Translations under genes and position numbers: made by a program
The notes under the pieces: generated by a model
Told to the model about the DNA's origin: nothing
Database searches by the model: none
Seen by the model: the letters and a program-made list of their open reading frames with translations, nothing else
IMG/VR virus record: IMGVR_UViG_3300046727_000269
DNA length: 60,630 nt
Direction: 5' to 3' (one strand)
Source of the DNA: a virus
In this document: positions 32,432 through 40,974 of the stretch, piece after piece
Layout of the letters: the number at the start of each line of letters is the position of its first letter
Numbering within the stretch: the first letter of the stretch is position 1

Positions 32432-33286
32432 CTAGCACGGTATCCTCCGTACTCCGTGGAGCAGGAGTTGGAACGTCTGGGGGAGAACTGTCGGTGAAAA
32501 CAGTAGGCTCCAAATGTCGAAGTAGATGGCCCCATTCACGGGGAACAGGATCGGAGGGCACGGCCAGAAATTGAACTCACCAGAACTGGTTTGTGGGTTC
32601 AGATGGAAGAACATATTGGAGAGGACGGGACGGTTGCTCCTCGCCATTCGATTGTTGTCGTACAGGGTGACCTTGAACTGGGAGGACTGTTGGTTGTCTT
32701 GTAGTGCGAGTTCAATCCTGCGTAGCTCGAAATCGAAGTCCTCAACCTTGATCTGAATTTGCGTCGGCCCATTCACCACTCCCCCCGTGGTCGCGTAATT
32801 GTTGATGGAGAGGGTGTAGGGGATCGCGTACGGCTTCTCGTAATACTTGTAGGCGGACGGTACCGGGTCCGACACCGTGTTGGCCCGTCTCTTAGCTCCG
32901 GTGTAAACCATCTGGGACTTGTACAGAGTGGTCCCGGTATCCGTCCCCGCCACCACCAACGCCACCGTTTGGAGGTCTTGCCGGATGTAACTGTTGTCCG
33001 GGTACCAGAGTTCAGGAGTCACCACCATATTGGCGAACTGATTCGCCGCCGTGCCCAACGTCATGAAGTCGGAGGACCTGAACCTCCCTTGCCAGTCGTA
33101 GAACTTGAGGCCCTGGGCGATGGTCGAGAGGCCGGACCAATAACGGAGAAGGAAATCCCCGTCTACCACGTGAGGGCCGACTTGGAATAGCGTTTGCCCA
33201 TTCGCAATCCCACTTACATCCTGGGCATCAAACACGTACTGGTAGAACGTGTCGCCGAATCCCGTTGGTGTTGTGTAATCGTACAC
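32432..33286 (-). CDS. Two-unit jelly-roll-like protein (284 aa), candidate double-jelly-roll major capsid protein
   Basis: Two internal units (GDFLLRYW...KFYDWQGRF...ELWYPDNSYIRQDL and FDFELRRI...VTLYDNNRM...PILFPVNGAIYFDIW) resemble the single unit of 33294..33719. Confidence 0.6.
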   Translation of the reverse strand: MYDYTTPTGFGDTFYQYVFDAQDVSGIANGQTLFQVGPHVVDGDFLLRYWSGLSTIAQGLKFYDWQGRFRSSDFMTLGTAANQFANMVVTPELWYPDNSYIRQDLQTVALVVAGTDTGTTLYKSQMVYTGAKRRANTVSDPVPSAYKYYEKPYAIPYTLSINNYATTGGVVNGPTQIQIKVEDFDFELRRIELALQDNQQSSQFKVTLYDNNRMARSNRPVLSNMFFHLNPQTSSGEFNFWPCPPILFPVNGAIYFDIWSLLFSPTVLPQTFQLLLHGVRRIPC

Positions 33287-33293
33287 GGGGACT

Positions 33294-33719
33294 CTACGCT
33301 CCCTGGGCGACTTGGTAACGGTTCGCCCCGATGAAAAGGATCTGTCCAGTATTCGTCGCCACGCTCAAATCCTGGATATTCAGGTAGATCCTGCCGCCAG
33401 CGGGATAGAAAATCTCCGGGAACATGGGGAAGGGATCACCGGGGGAGTTGGGAAGGTTCGTGCTGAACGTCAACCCCGAACTCAGGTAGTACCCTTGCCC
33501 GTCTTGGAACTGCACGGCGAAGAGGCCAGTGGATTGAAACACGAGCCCTCTCCACACGAAGTCGGCTTCCGTGAAGATACTCACCACCTGCCCCTGTAAA
33601 AGTTGTGACGCCGTGAGGGAAATGTTGTACGTGTAGTTGAAAGGTACCTCGATGTACCCGACCCCCAAGTTGTCCCCCGCGATGCCTTGCACGGCGGGTG
33701 GTGCTATTGGATTCTGCAT
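33294..33719 (-). CDS. One-unit jelly-roll-like protein (141 aa), candidate penton or minor capsid protein
   Basis: ADFVWRGLVFQSTGLFAVQFQDGQGYYLSS...FPEIFYPAGGRIYLNIQDL; strong RBS TTAAGGAGCG before the ATG. Confidence 0.6.
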   Translation of the reverse strand: MQNPIAPPAVQGIAGDNLGVGYIEVPFNYTYNISLTASQLLQGQVVSIFTEADFVWRGLVFQSTGLFAVQFQDGQGYYLSSGLTFSTNLPNSPGDPFPMFPEIFYPAGGRIYLNIQDLSVATNTGQILFIGANRYQVAQGA

Positions 33720-33778
33720 GGTATCGCGCTCCTTAAAAATCTTTCGGGCATACGGCCCCGACTCTTACCCATTACCTT

Positions 33779-33791
33779 TTTCCCTGTGAAA
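33779..33791 (-). promoter_or_regulatory. TTTCACAGGGAAA motif, exact copy, gene sense
   Basis: 59 nt upstream of ATG 33719; 6 nt before a 22-codon mini-ORF (MGKSRGRMPERFLRSAIPCRIQ) that overlaps that start. Confidence 0.65.
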
Positions 33792-33881
33792 GGCCGGAGT
33801 GCCGCCGCGTGGGAGGGATAAGGGGGACGCGAGCAACGCCCCAATTCCCCTGGGTAAGCAGCACCCCGGACCCATCGGACT

Positions 33882-33920
33882 CGCGGGGTGGAGGAACGGG
33901 TAAGGAACCCCACCCCCGCG
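33882..33920 (-). other. GC-rich hairpin downstream of the capsid-like gene (attenuator or terminator-like, no U tract)
   Basis: CGCGGGGTGG / CCACCCC(C)GCG arms, 10 bp with one bulge and a 17-nt loop; 34 nt after the stop of 33954..34598. Confidence 0.4.
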
Positions 33921-33953
33921 AGAACTCGCAACAACGAAAGAGGACCAGTATTC

Positions 33954-34598
33954 CTACTGGACGCCTCTCGCGTGTAGACCGTCGAGAATCACTTGCATGT
34001 TGAGACCAGTACCACCGCCCGATGTCGTGGTAAGGGTAACGCTGGTCCCTACCAACTGGCAATAGAACGACGCTTGGTTGTCAATCACGATGTTGATTCC
34101 CAACTCGTGCCGGTGCATCTTCCCCGGCATTCCGTTGGTAAGAGCGGTACTGGCCGAAGAGAACCCCGTCACGCCGCCGCCGACCGGATAGAAGATCAGA
34201 GGCGCACGGTTGTAGGATTTTTCGCCAATCCAGAACTCCAGAGCGAAGGACCGGAGCATGGTGTTGAGATCCGCGAGGAGGGTCCCCGCATCAAACCACA
34301 GTCCAATCCCCATTGCGGCGAAGGCTTGAGGGGCGTCCAACCGTTTTGCGGTTTGTACGTTGGTGTCCGCCAACGTCTTCCCCGTTTGATTGCCAGTGGT
34401 GAAAAACTGGGTCAAATTGGTGATGACTGCTCCCGCCGCCCAAGGTGCGTTTGTTGCGGGATTCCAGGAACGATCATACAACGGCTCGTGCTGGACATCC
34501 ATCGCGTTGGGCTGATACGTGGTGCCGGAAAATTGGTTTTGAATCCAATTCGCCAGTCCCAGTGCATCGGCCCCGCCAACTACTTGTGTGCTAGGCAT
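33954..34598 (-). CDS. Capsid-like beta-rich structural protein (214 aa)
   Basis: ORF track; followed by a strong hairpin, consistent with a highly expressed structural gene; FALEFWIGEKSYNRAPLIFYPVGGGVTG; no family assigned by eye. Confidence 0.6.
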   Translation of the reverse strand: MPSTQVVGGADALGLANWIQNQFSGTTYQPNAMDVQHEPLYDRSWNPATNAPWAAGAVITNLTQFFTTGNQTGKTLADTNVQTAKRLDAPQAFAAMGIGLWFDAGTLLADLNTMLRSFALEFWIGEKSYNRAPLIFYPVGGGVTGFSSASTALTNGMPGKMHRHELGINIVIDNQASFYCQLVGTSVTLTTTSGGGTGLNMQVILDGLHARGVQ

Positions 34599-34655
34599 AT
34601 ATTTGTGTTTTCATTTTCCTTTCTGAGATGAGCGTGGCAAAGGGCGAGTGCCCTA

Positions 34656-35669
34656 CTACCGCCTCCCTCCGAATGCCCCACGGAACGCGCCCATACCGGC
34701 ACCTGCCGAGATCGGGACCACGCCCATCTTAATGGGGTTCTGCGGGACGACGTAGGAACCGGGGATGATGTCGCCTACCCCGGAAAGAGCCAAGCGACCG
34801 GACAGGGTGGGCGGGGCAAACGCATTGAGCGCCGCACTCGCCGTCTGAGCCAAGCCACCGAGGAGCACCGCGTCGGCAAATGCACCGGGCGATACCTTGC
34901 GAGCGAGCATCCCGGCCACGAACGCCCCGGCCCCGGTAACGAGGACGGAAATGAAGCTGGACGTGCCGAACGTCGATAACAGCGATGCGGGAACGAGGGT
35001 GGGGAGATATTTTGTCGCCGCCACGCCCACGAGCACACCCCCCGTCATCATCAGAAGGTCTTTCCCACTGGACCTCCCGAAGATTGCGGGATTGTGTCGG
35101 CGGGAATAGTGCCGGTTATGACGGCGGCGAGGATTAGCCCGCCGACGATGCTGCCGATTCCCTGTCTTTCGTCGATAACCGAACGCCTTGGCCCACGCGG
35201 GTGGGGCATTGCGTCTCCGCCGTGCTACACGGCGCGGGTTGGTGGTACGACGACGATGATAATTCCGTTTTCGTCTTGCCATGTGACTCCTTTTCTTTCG
35301 TGGATTTATCGCGCCTAGTTCAATAAGCACGGGGTTGGAGACGCGGCTTCGGCGGTACGATTTCCGCTTGTTACGCGCCTTGGAACGGCGGCGGGGATTT
35401 GATGAGACTCCTAGTCGCCGTAACTCGGTTCGGAGCATCCCGACGATGCTCGATGATTTCTTAGTCGCCTTGCGTTTGCGCGTGTACCGGCGCTTGGATG
35501 TGGCGGTGCGCTTGCGGGGATTCTTTCGCGCCTTGGCCCGCTTCCGTTTGACGAAGTGGCCGAGACGGTTGCGGAAACGGCGCTTGGTGCCCGTGGCCCG
35601 CTTCCTCCGTACCTTGATCCGCTTCCGTCGTGGGTTCGCCACCCGGATTAACTTTCCTACTGTCGCCAT
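34656..35669 (-). CDS. Arg/Lys-rich NP-repeat protein with hydrophobic Gly/Ala-rich C-terminal half (337 aa)
   Basis: Nine xNPxx repeats (ANPRR, KNPRK, SNPRR, SNPVL, INPRK, TNPRR, ANPRR, HNPAI, QNPIK); the first ~200 aa are extremely basic; C-terminal TM-like segments and PGSYVVPQNP motif. Confidence 0.75.
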   Translation of the reverse strand: MATVGKLIRVANPRRKRIKVRRKRATGTKRRFRNRLGHFVKRKRAKARKNPRKRTATSKRRYTRKRKATKKSSSIVGMLRTELRRLGVSSNPRRRSKARNKRKSYRRSRVSNPVLIELGAINPRKKRSHMARRKRNYHRRRTTNPRRVARRRRNAPPAWAKAFGYRRKTGNRQHRRRANPRRRHNRHYSRRHNPAIFGRSSGKDLLMMTGGVLVGVAATKYLPTLVPASLLSTFGTSSFISVLVTGAGAFVAGMLARKVSPGAFADAVLLGGLAQTASAALNAFAPPTLSGRLALSGVGDIIPGSYVVPQNPIKMGVVPISAGAGMGAFRGAFGGRR

Positions 35670-35684
35670 GTTTTCCTTTCTAAA

Positions 35685-37520
35685 CTAGTGCTCCAGACCC
35701 GGACTCGTTCCAATCAAGGGCTGGTTGACGAAATAAATTCCACCAGACAGTAGTAGCTTCTGGTTTCGTTTGTCGTAGATGAGCGTGGGTAGCTCACCTG
35801 TTCCAAATGTCGTGTCCTTCGGGGGGACGGCATCTTGCCATAGGTCACCACCGCGTGGGGGCTTGGTTTCTTTCGGGCCATGTATGTGGATGTATTCCGT
35901 CAGGCCGTCTTCACTCCCGCCGTCGCCAAATACTTTTTCAGTCCTGTAGTTGACTCCCCAGACTTCACCGATGGTTATGAGTTCTTTTTCAGCGAGGTCA
36001 CCGTCGATCTTTAGGGCGTCTAAGTCAAGGGACTGGTCACCTCCAATCAGGCTTAGATTTTTCCCGTCTTCGGTCGAGCACAGAAGCACGTGGTCAGGGT
36101 TGGAACTTTTGCGTGGGTTCATCCTCATGAGACGAACCTTCTCCCCTTCCTTCCGTGATTCCTTGGCGATTTGTAAAGCCTCTTTCTTCGACAGACCGGA
36201 CCCTGTGTGGACCTGTACCCCGTCCTCGTCCACGACCTTGTACACACCACGGTCTAGGGCACGTTTAAACCAGGGATTCCCCTTCACCCCCACGGCCCGC
36301 AACCCCTTATCCGCCGCTCCCGCCACCATCCCGGTGAACGCGTCGATGGGACGGTAGATGGCCCCTACCGTGTCGCCTACGAATCGTTGGGAGGAGGCGA
36401 AGGGGCCAGAGGCATGACCATTCCCAGGATTAGGCTTCTTACCGATTGGCAACACAACCTTTTCCAACACGTCCTCGTCGAGTGCAATCCTTGCGGACTT
36501 CAACATTTCTTCCGTGCCATGGGCGAACGGTTTCCAGTAGTTCCCACGCTTATGCCGATACAGTAGCCAGAGTGTATGTGTGTCCTTGGGATTGGGCCTC
36601 TGCTTCGTCCAGTGGTCGATAAACTTCTTCGCATCCTTAACACTGTCGAACACACTGTCCCGCTCAATCCCCGGCACCACGTACCCGTCCTTTGATTCGG
36701 ACTTGTAGATGGTGTGGTGCTTGTACTCCGTGGCGGTATGGAACTTGTGGCCCGAGGGGACGTGCATTATCGTGGTGCGGGTCAACGAGTTGAAGGGCCA
36801 GATGTTGGAGCGACGTGGGTTTTCTTGGATATCTGCATACCCATCCTCATAGCCATCCCGCCAATCCCACTCTAAGAAGTAATGATCTCTCTCATCCTTG
36901 GTTTTTAGCCAAGTTTCAAACTCCGCACGTTCTTTACGCTCCTTAGTACTATCGTGTTCTGAGGCTGCCTCACCCGCCGTGTAACCCATTGAGTAGGCGA
37001 GTTCACCATCTCGGTAATTTTGAGTGTGAAAATCCGGGTTAGACTGTTTGTGTGGGTTATTCACCTTCCTACTTTCAAATCCCAACGTGACATCGTACCC
37101 ACTCACCGTCCGCACCTTCAATCCCACCAGTTCCCCCAGTGCCGCGAGGTTACTGTGGTAATGCTCCTTCTCCTCGTACTCGTCGATGGCAGTGGATGGG
37201 GTCCCGTGGAAGGAGGAGTACATGGATTCTGCCCCACCTTCAGGGTTACGCTTCTTCTCCCTCAGCTTTTCCGGGTCACCGTCCAAGTTCCTGATTGACT
37301 GATTGATGGCGCCTTCCCAGTCAGGCCAGATAGTGTCACGCAACTGACCGATTGTTGGCCCGCCTTCTGTGATACGCATGTCATCTGTGTAGGCTGGATG
37401 TCTGGCAACCAATTTGAGAAGGAAGTTTTGTTTCTTACGTAGACGAGTACGGTACTTGTCAGACATGAAGGGATTGCCCTTGGTCTGTCCCATGCCCCGT
37501 CTTGTCGCCTGTGCTGCCAT
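35685..37520 (-). CDS. Large virion candidate (611 aa) with ten NP repeats
   Basis: GNPFM, RNPEG, NNPHK, SNPDF, ENPRR, PNPKD, PNPGN, GNPWF, MNPRK, SNPDH; ATG lies 2 nt after the motif, so the true start may be the downstream MGQTKGNPF. Confidence 0.7.
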   Translation of the reverse strand: MAAQATRRGMGQTKGNPFMSDKYRTRLRKKQNFLLKLVARHPAYTDDMRITEGGPTIGQLRDTIWPDWEGAINQSIRNLDGDPEKLREKKRNPEGGAESMYSSFHGTPSTAIDEYEEKEHYHSNLAALGELVGLKVRTVSGYDVTLGFESRKVNNPHKQSNPDFHTQNYRDGELAYSMGYTAGEAASEHDSTKERKERAEFETWLKTKDERDHYFLEWDWRDGYEDGYADIQENPRRSNIWPFNSLTRTTIMHVPSGHKFHTATEYKHHTIYKSESKDGYVVPGIERDSVFDSVKDAKKFIDHWTKQRPNPKDTHTLWLLYRHKRGNYWKPFAHGTEEMLKSARIALDEDVLEKVVLPIGKKPNPGNGHASGPFASSQRFVGDTVGAIYRPIDAFTGMVAGAADKGLRAVGVKGNPWFKRALDRGVYKVVDEDGVQVHTGSGLSKKEALQIAKESRKEGEKVRLMRMNPRKSSNPDHVLLCSTEDGKNLSLIGGDQSLDLDALKIDGDLAEKELITIGEVWGVNYRTEKVFGDGGSEDGLTEYIHIHGPKETKPPRGGDLWQDAVPPKDTTFGTGELPTLIYDKRNQKLLLSGGIYFVNQPLIGTSPGLEH

Positions 37521-37522
37521 TC

Positions 37523-37535
37523 TTTCCCTGTGAAA
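37523..37535 (-). promoter_or_regulatory. TTTCACAGGGAAA motif, exact copy, gene sense
   Basis: In the 22-nt gap between stop 37543 and ATG 37520. Confidence 0.65.
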
Positions 37536-37542
37536 AACTCTC

Positions 37543-38001
37543 TTACAGCTTCGGTGCTGCTTCCTCTCCTGCCTTCACCACTCCCGGACCAACCACAGGA
37601 GTAACCGGCACTCCCGCCGCCACCGCCGCGACATCCGCCGCCCTCCCTTTCACGGCGGTATTGTAGATGAGCCAATTGAACCCGTACGACTTCATAGCAC
37701 TCACCCCCGCGCTGTAAATGGCCGGTCCCGTCAACCCCGTGATCGTCAATGCCCCCAGGCTCGGGTCATAGTGGTAATGAATCCCCACCCCCGCGATCAA
37801 CGCGGCCAGCCACGATAACGCCCTGTTCAGCCCCGACGACTCCTGGGAGAAAGCCTTGAGCACGGGCCACTGACTGTTCTTCACCGCCTGGATGAGAGCA
37901 ACGGAAATGGCAGAGGTCGAGATTATCGCGGGCAAATCCGTCGATACCGCCATCGGGTTCTCCACCGCCGCCTGTGCCGCCGCTTGAAGTAATAGCATCA
38001 T
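37543..38001 (-). CDS. Membrane protein (152 aa)
   Basis: Start taken at ATG 38001 (MMLLLQAAAQ); several hydrophobic Ala/Gly-rich segments. Confidence 0.55.
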   Translation of the reverse strand: MMLLLQAAAQAAVENPMAVSTDLPAIISTSAISVALIQAVKNSQWPVLKAFSQESSGLNRALSWLAALIAGVGIHYHYDPSLGALTITGLTGPAIYSAGVSAMKSYGFNWLIYNTAVKGRAADVAAVAAGVPVTPVVGPGVVKAGEEAAPKL

Positions 38002-38036
38002 CCTAAAGTTGCTCCCACGCCCCCTTCCCCTTCCCC

Positions 38037-38258
38037 TTACCTGCCCCTCTCCCAAAATGGACGAGTGACATCGCCACCGCTCCCCGTGTAATTCAACTCA
38101 CGATTTGCAAACAGGAGGATGAGGATAATCAGCAACACCCCTACCGCCCACTTCGCCGGGGCGAAGGTAGGAAACGATCTATCGCACACGTAGAACAACC
38201 CCCACCCGAGGGCGGCGAGTACCGCGATGCCGATGATGATTTCAATGAGTTGGCCCAT
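38037..38258 (-). CDS. Small membrane protein (73 aa, two TM)
   Basis: Start ATG 38258 after TAAGGAGTTCAAC; LIEIIIGIAVLAALGWGLFYV and WAVGVLLIILILLF. Confidence 0.55.
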   Translation of the reverse strand: MGQLIEIIIGIAVLAALGWGLFYVCDRSFPTFAPAKWAVGVLLIILILLFANRELNYTGSGGDVTRPFWERGR

Positions 38259-38268
38259 GTTGAACTCC

Positions 38269-38739
38269 TTAGAACGCCTTCGCCGCCGCCCGGTACGCCC
38301 GTCTCCCTCTCCCCGCGTACGAGTGTTGCTCCCCACCTACGAACATGAACAGGGCCAGTGCCGCACCTGCCGCCCAGACTGGGACGCCAAAGAATGTCGA
38401 CTGCAACGCGGCCATATAGTTCCCAGCGGAAAGGTTCCCGGTAAAGGTCCCGTAGTCCGTGGTGAAGTCACCCAAGCCACGGATACCATTGATCTGGCCC
38501 CCGCCACATCCACCCCCACAGCCTCCCCCGCACCCGCACCCACTCACACCCTGACCAATCAGCTTCGTCTGTCCCCGCGTGTAATCCTTCACGGGATTCT
38601 GTGGGACTGGAAATGATCCGGGTAGAATCTCACTGATGCCGCGAATGTACTTCACCGGTTGCACGGGATTCTGCGGCACAACATAGAATCCGGGTAAGAG
38701 ATCCCCAAGCCCCGGTGCCGGATGATGACTGAGTTGCAT
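38269..38739 (-). CDS. Membrane protein (156 aa) with two PGxxxVPQNP motifs and a Gly/Cys-rich stretch
   Basis: GLGDLLPGFYVVPQNPVQ and SEILPGSFPVPQNPVK; GCGCGGGCGGGCGGG; TM FFGVPVWAAGAALALFMFVGG. Confidence 0.6.
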   Translation of the reverse strand: MQLSHHPAPGLGDLLPGFYVVPQNPVQPVKYIRGISEILPGSFPVPQNPVKDYTRGQTKLIGQGVSGCGCGGGCGGGCGGGQINGIRGLGDFTTDYGTFTGNLSAGNYMAALQSTFFGVPVWAAGAALALFMFVGGEQHSYAGRGRRAYRAAAKAF

Positions 38740-38756
38740 AATCTTTTTCCTCTCCC

Positions 38757-39221
38757 CTATTCCTTCGCCAGAAAAAACGCCCCGACCACCCCAGCCAAAA
38801 GCAGGGTTGTTGTCGAGAGCCCAAACAGGTTCGACGTGCTCGGGTTCGTCAGGGCCGCACTGGTGCTCCCGCTCGCCAAGTTAATCACGCCACCTTGCAA
38901 CATCACTCCGGGACACAGGGGCATCGTATTGTTCAGTGCATCCAGGGCGGAGATGATTTGCCCTCTCAAGTCCCCCGCTGGGAGTGCGTTTATTACGGTA
39001 GCGATCACACTCACGTTGATGTTGGTGGGGATGTACCCAGTAAGATTCGTCGTCACCGAGTTCACCGTCATCATCTGCCCCGCCCAGTTGTTCAGAGTGT
39101 TCTGGATGTCGGACTCGTACACCCCAGTACAATCCCCCGTGACGTTGAATGAGATTACCGTGCCGGGTTGGAGTACGTCCGTATCACTCATCCCGAGATT
39201 TCCCAGCCCGTGCAATCTCAT
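38757..39221 (-). CDS. C-terminally anchored membrane protein (154 aa)
   Basis: MRLHGLGNLG N-terminus; C-terminal TTTLLLAGVVGAFFLAKE. Confidence 0.6.
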   Translation of the reverse strand: MRLHGLGNLGMSDTDVLQPGTVISFNVTGDCTGVYESDIQNTLNNWAGQMMTVNSVTTNLTGYIPTNINVSVIATVINALPAGDLRGQIISALDALNNTMPLCPGVMLQGGVINLASGSTSAALTNPSTSNLFGLSTTTLLLAGVVGAFFLAKE

Positions 39222-39228
39222 CCCTTTC

Positions 39229-39555
39229 CTACCGTCTCCCCTTTAAAAGAAAGAACGCGAGTATCCCCCCTGCAACATAGAGGTACGTGTTGGGAATCCC
39301 CGCAATCAAACTGGACGTGGACGGAATTGGGAGACAGGCCAAATCGTTCGGGTCCATGTATTGCCCACTCGGACACGCGGCACTGATGTTAGGGGGACAA
39401 TACGTCTGCCCCGGTGCCAGTGGTCCCATCGACCCTTGCGGAATACAGGGAGGTGGGGCCGACGCCGTAGCGCACCCGGCAATGGTATCCCCCGTGATGG
39501 GATCGACCGCCCCCACCACACACGTCCCGTCCGTCGCCACCACTCCCATCCTCAT
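39229..39555 (-). CDS. Cys-rich C-terminally anchored membrane protein (108 aa)
   Basis: Start ATG 39555 (ATGA overlap); C-terminal YLYVAGGILAFFLL. Confidence 0.55.
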   Translation of the reverse strand: MRMGVVATDGTCVVGAVDPITGDTIAGCATASAPPPCIPQGSMGPLAPGQTYCPPNISAACPSGQYMDPNDLACLPIPSTSSLIAGIPNTYLYVAGGILAFFLLKGRR

Positions 39556-39752
39556 TTCTTTGCGGCTCCTAATGCCACCACGCCCGCCCCGACCAACCAG
39601 AACCACCAGGGAGTATCACAGGCGGTGGCACTGGTCCCGCTCACTCCCGTATCGACCCCACTTGCCTCCGCTGCCGTTTGCGTTGGCCCCGCCACGGTAA
39701 CGTAGGGCCTCGCCTGACAGTCCATCTGGTTAAACCAGCCCAGGCACATCAT
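39552..39752 (-). CDS. Small C-terminally anchored membrane protein (66 aa)
   Basis: C-terminal PWWFWLVGAGVVALGAAKK. Confidence 0.5.
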   Translation of the reverse strand: MMCLGWFNQMDCQARPYVTVAGPTQTAAEASGVDTGVSGTSATACDTPWWFWLVGAGVVALGAAKK

Positions 39753-40366
39753 TGGATTGTTTGACCTCCTACGGGACGGTTGCGGAAAACGGACGGGGCT
39801 CCGATCCGGGGCCGGTTGTTTGCGAGGCTACCGCCGAAACTCATGGAGGGGACTTGAGCCACCGTGTTGGCCGGAACCACGCCACGCAACCCACTCACCC
39901 CTACGTTGGGATTGGCCGGGTTAATCCCCGCCGCCGTCAGCGCAGAAAGGAACTGGTCCACGCTCATCCCCGGCATGGGGTCAACTCGGGCACCGAACGC
40001 GGCACCGAACTGTTGGCCGGTTAAAGCCGGTGGGTACAGTTGATTCCGGTAATAATCCCACTGGTCGGCATTCATACTCGTGACACCGCCCGCCGCCGTC
40101 AGGAGTTTGGTTCGTACGTCCGCCGTTGTGCTGGGGGCCGGTTGCGTGGACCCGCCTGGAGTCTGGGTCTGGGTCGTGACGGTGGTGGTGGCAGGGGCCG
40201 TGGATTGTGCCGCCCCACCAAACCACGTGTCCCACCAAGTCAGGGCTACCTGTTGCCCCGAGGCATTGAACGCGGCACCGGATGGCCCGTACCTCGTCAC
40301 GTACCAATACGCGGCACCCAGCCCCCCGACCACCAGTACCATCGTCATCATGTTGTCTTTTTTCAT
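39749..40366 (-). CDS. N-terminally anchored membrane protein (205 aa)
   Basis: MMTMVLVVGGLGAAYWYV TM; Thr/Pro/Gln-rich ectodomain. Confidence 0.6.
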   Translation of the reverse strand: MKKDNMMTMVLVVGGLGAAYWYVTRYGPSGAAFNASGQQVALTWWDTWFGGAAQSTAPATTTVTTQTQTPGGSTQPAPSTTADVRTKLLTAAGGVTSMNADQWDYYRNQLYPPALTGQQFGAAFGARVDPMPGMSVDQFLSALTAAGINPANPNVGVSGLRGVVPANTVAQVPSMSFGGSLANNRPRIGAPSVFRNRPVGGQTIQ

Positions 40367-40659
40367 TACTCGTGTCCCTTCTTCCCACCAAACATGAGGA
40401 AGGCCAGTCCCGCGAGAATCCCCGCCGCCAATAGGGGATTGTCATTCACCCACTGGTTGATCCCGGAACAGGAGGGGCCTACCACTACGGGGGTGCTATT
40501 GGTGATGGAGGGCATCGGGTTGAGCAGGGATGAGGGAGTAAGCCCCGGTTGCGGTGACGCCGTAAGAAGCTGGGAGGTCGCGGTCATGGACGGCATCGAC
40601 GAGGTAGTGGATACCGGCATCGAATCTGCGGGGGTCGAGATGTAAGAGAGTTCAGCCAT
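40366..40659 (-). CDS. C-terminally anchored Ser/Thr/Pro-rich membrane protein (97 aa)
   Basis: C-terminal PLLAAGILAGLAFLMFGG. Confidence 0.55.
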   Translation of the reverse strand: MAELSYISTPADSMPVSTTSSMPSMTATSQLLTASPQPGLTPSSLLNPMPSITNSTPVVVGPSCSGINQWVNDNPLLAAGILAGLAFLMFGGKKGHE

Positions 40660-40662
40660 ATC

Positions 40663-40974
40663 CTAGTTCTCCATCAACTTTCCAACAAAAAATCCGACAC
40701 CACCAAACACTACCGCCGCCCAACTCGGGTTGTGAATCATATCGTGAGGGCCACCAATCTCAGCACACAACGTCATTGGATTATCCGGTGGAGACTGACC
40801 AACGGGCAAAGTTATCTGTTGCCCGGTTTGAAGATTCTGCCACGCAATTGTGCCTTGTCCTCCAGCCGTAAGCAAAGACATTTGTGTCCAGTGCGTTCCA
40901 CTTGACGTAGTTCCACCACACATCAGCTTTGGGCCAACGAACGCACCGACCGCAGCTAAGATGAATGGCATCAT
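40663..40974 (-). CDS. Membrane protein (103 aa, TM at both ends)
   Basis: Start ATG 40974 (ATGA overlap); MMPFILAAVGAFVGPKL and AAVVFGGVGFFVGKL. Confidence 0.55.
   Translation of the reverse strand: MMPFILAAVGAFVGPKLMCGGTTSSGTHWTQMSLLTAGGQGTIAWQNLQTGQQITLPVGQSPPDNPMTLCAEIGGPHDMIHNPSWAAVVFGGVGFFVGKLMEN

Noticed and set aside
35685-37520. The 611-aa protein as a portal, and 44790..46694 as a terminase or tape measure
   Set aside because: No Walker A/B or nuclease motifs, and no portal-like features, could be recognised by eye. They are left as unknown virion candidates pending profile or structure searches.
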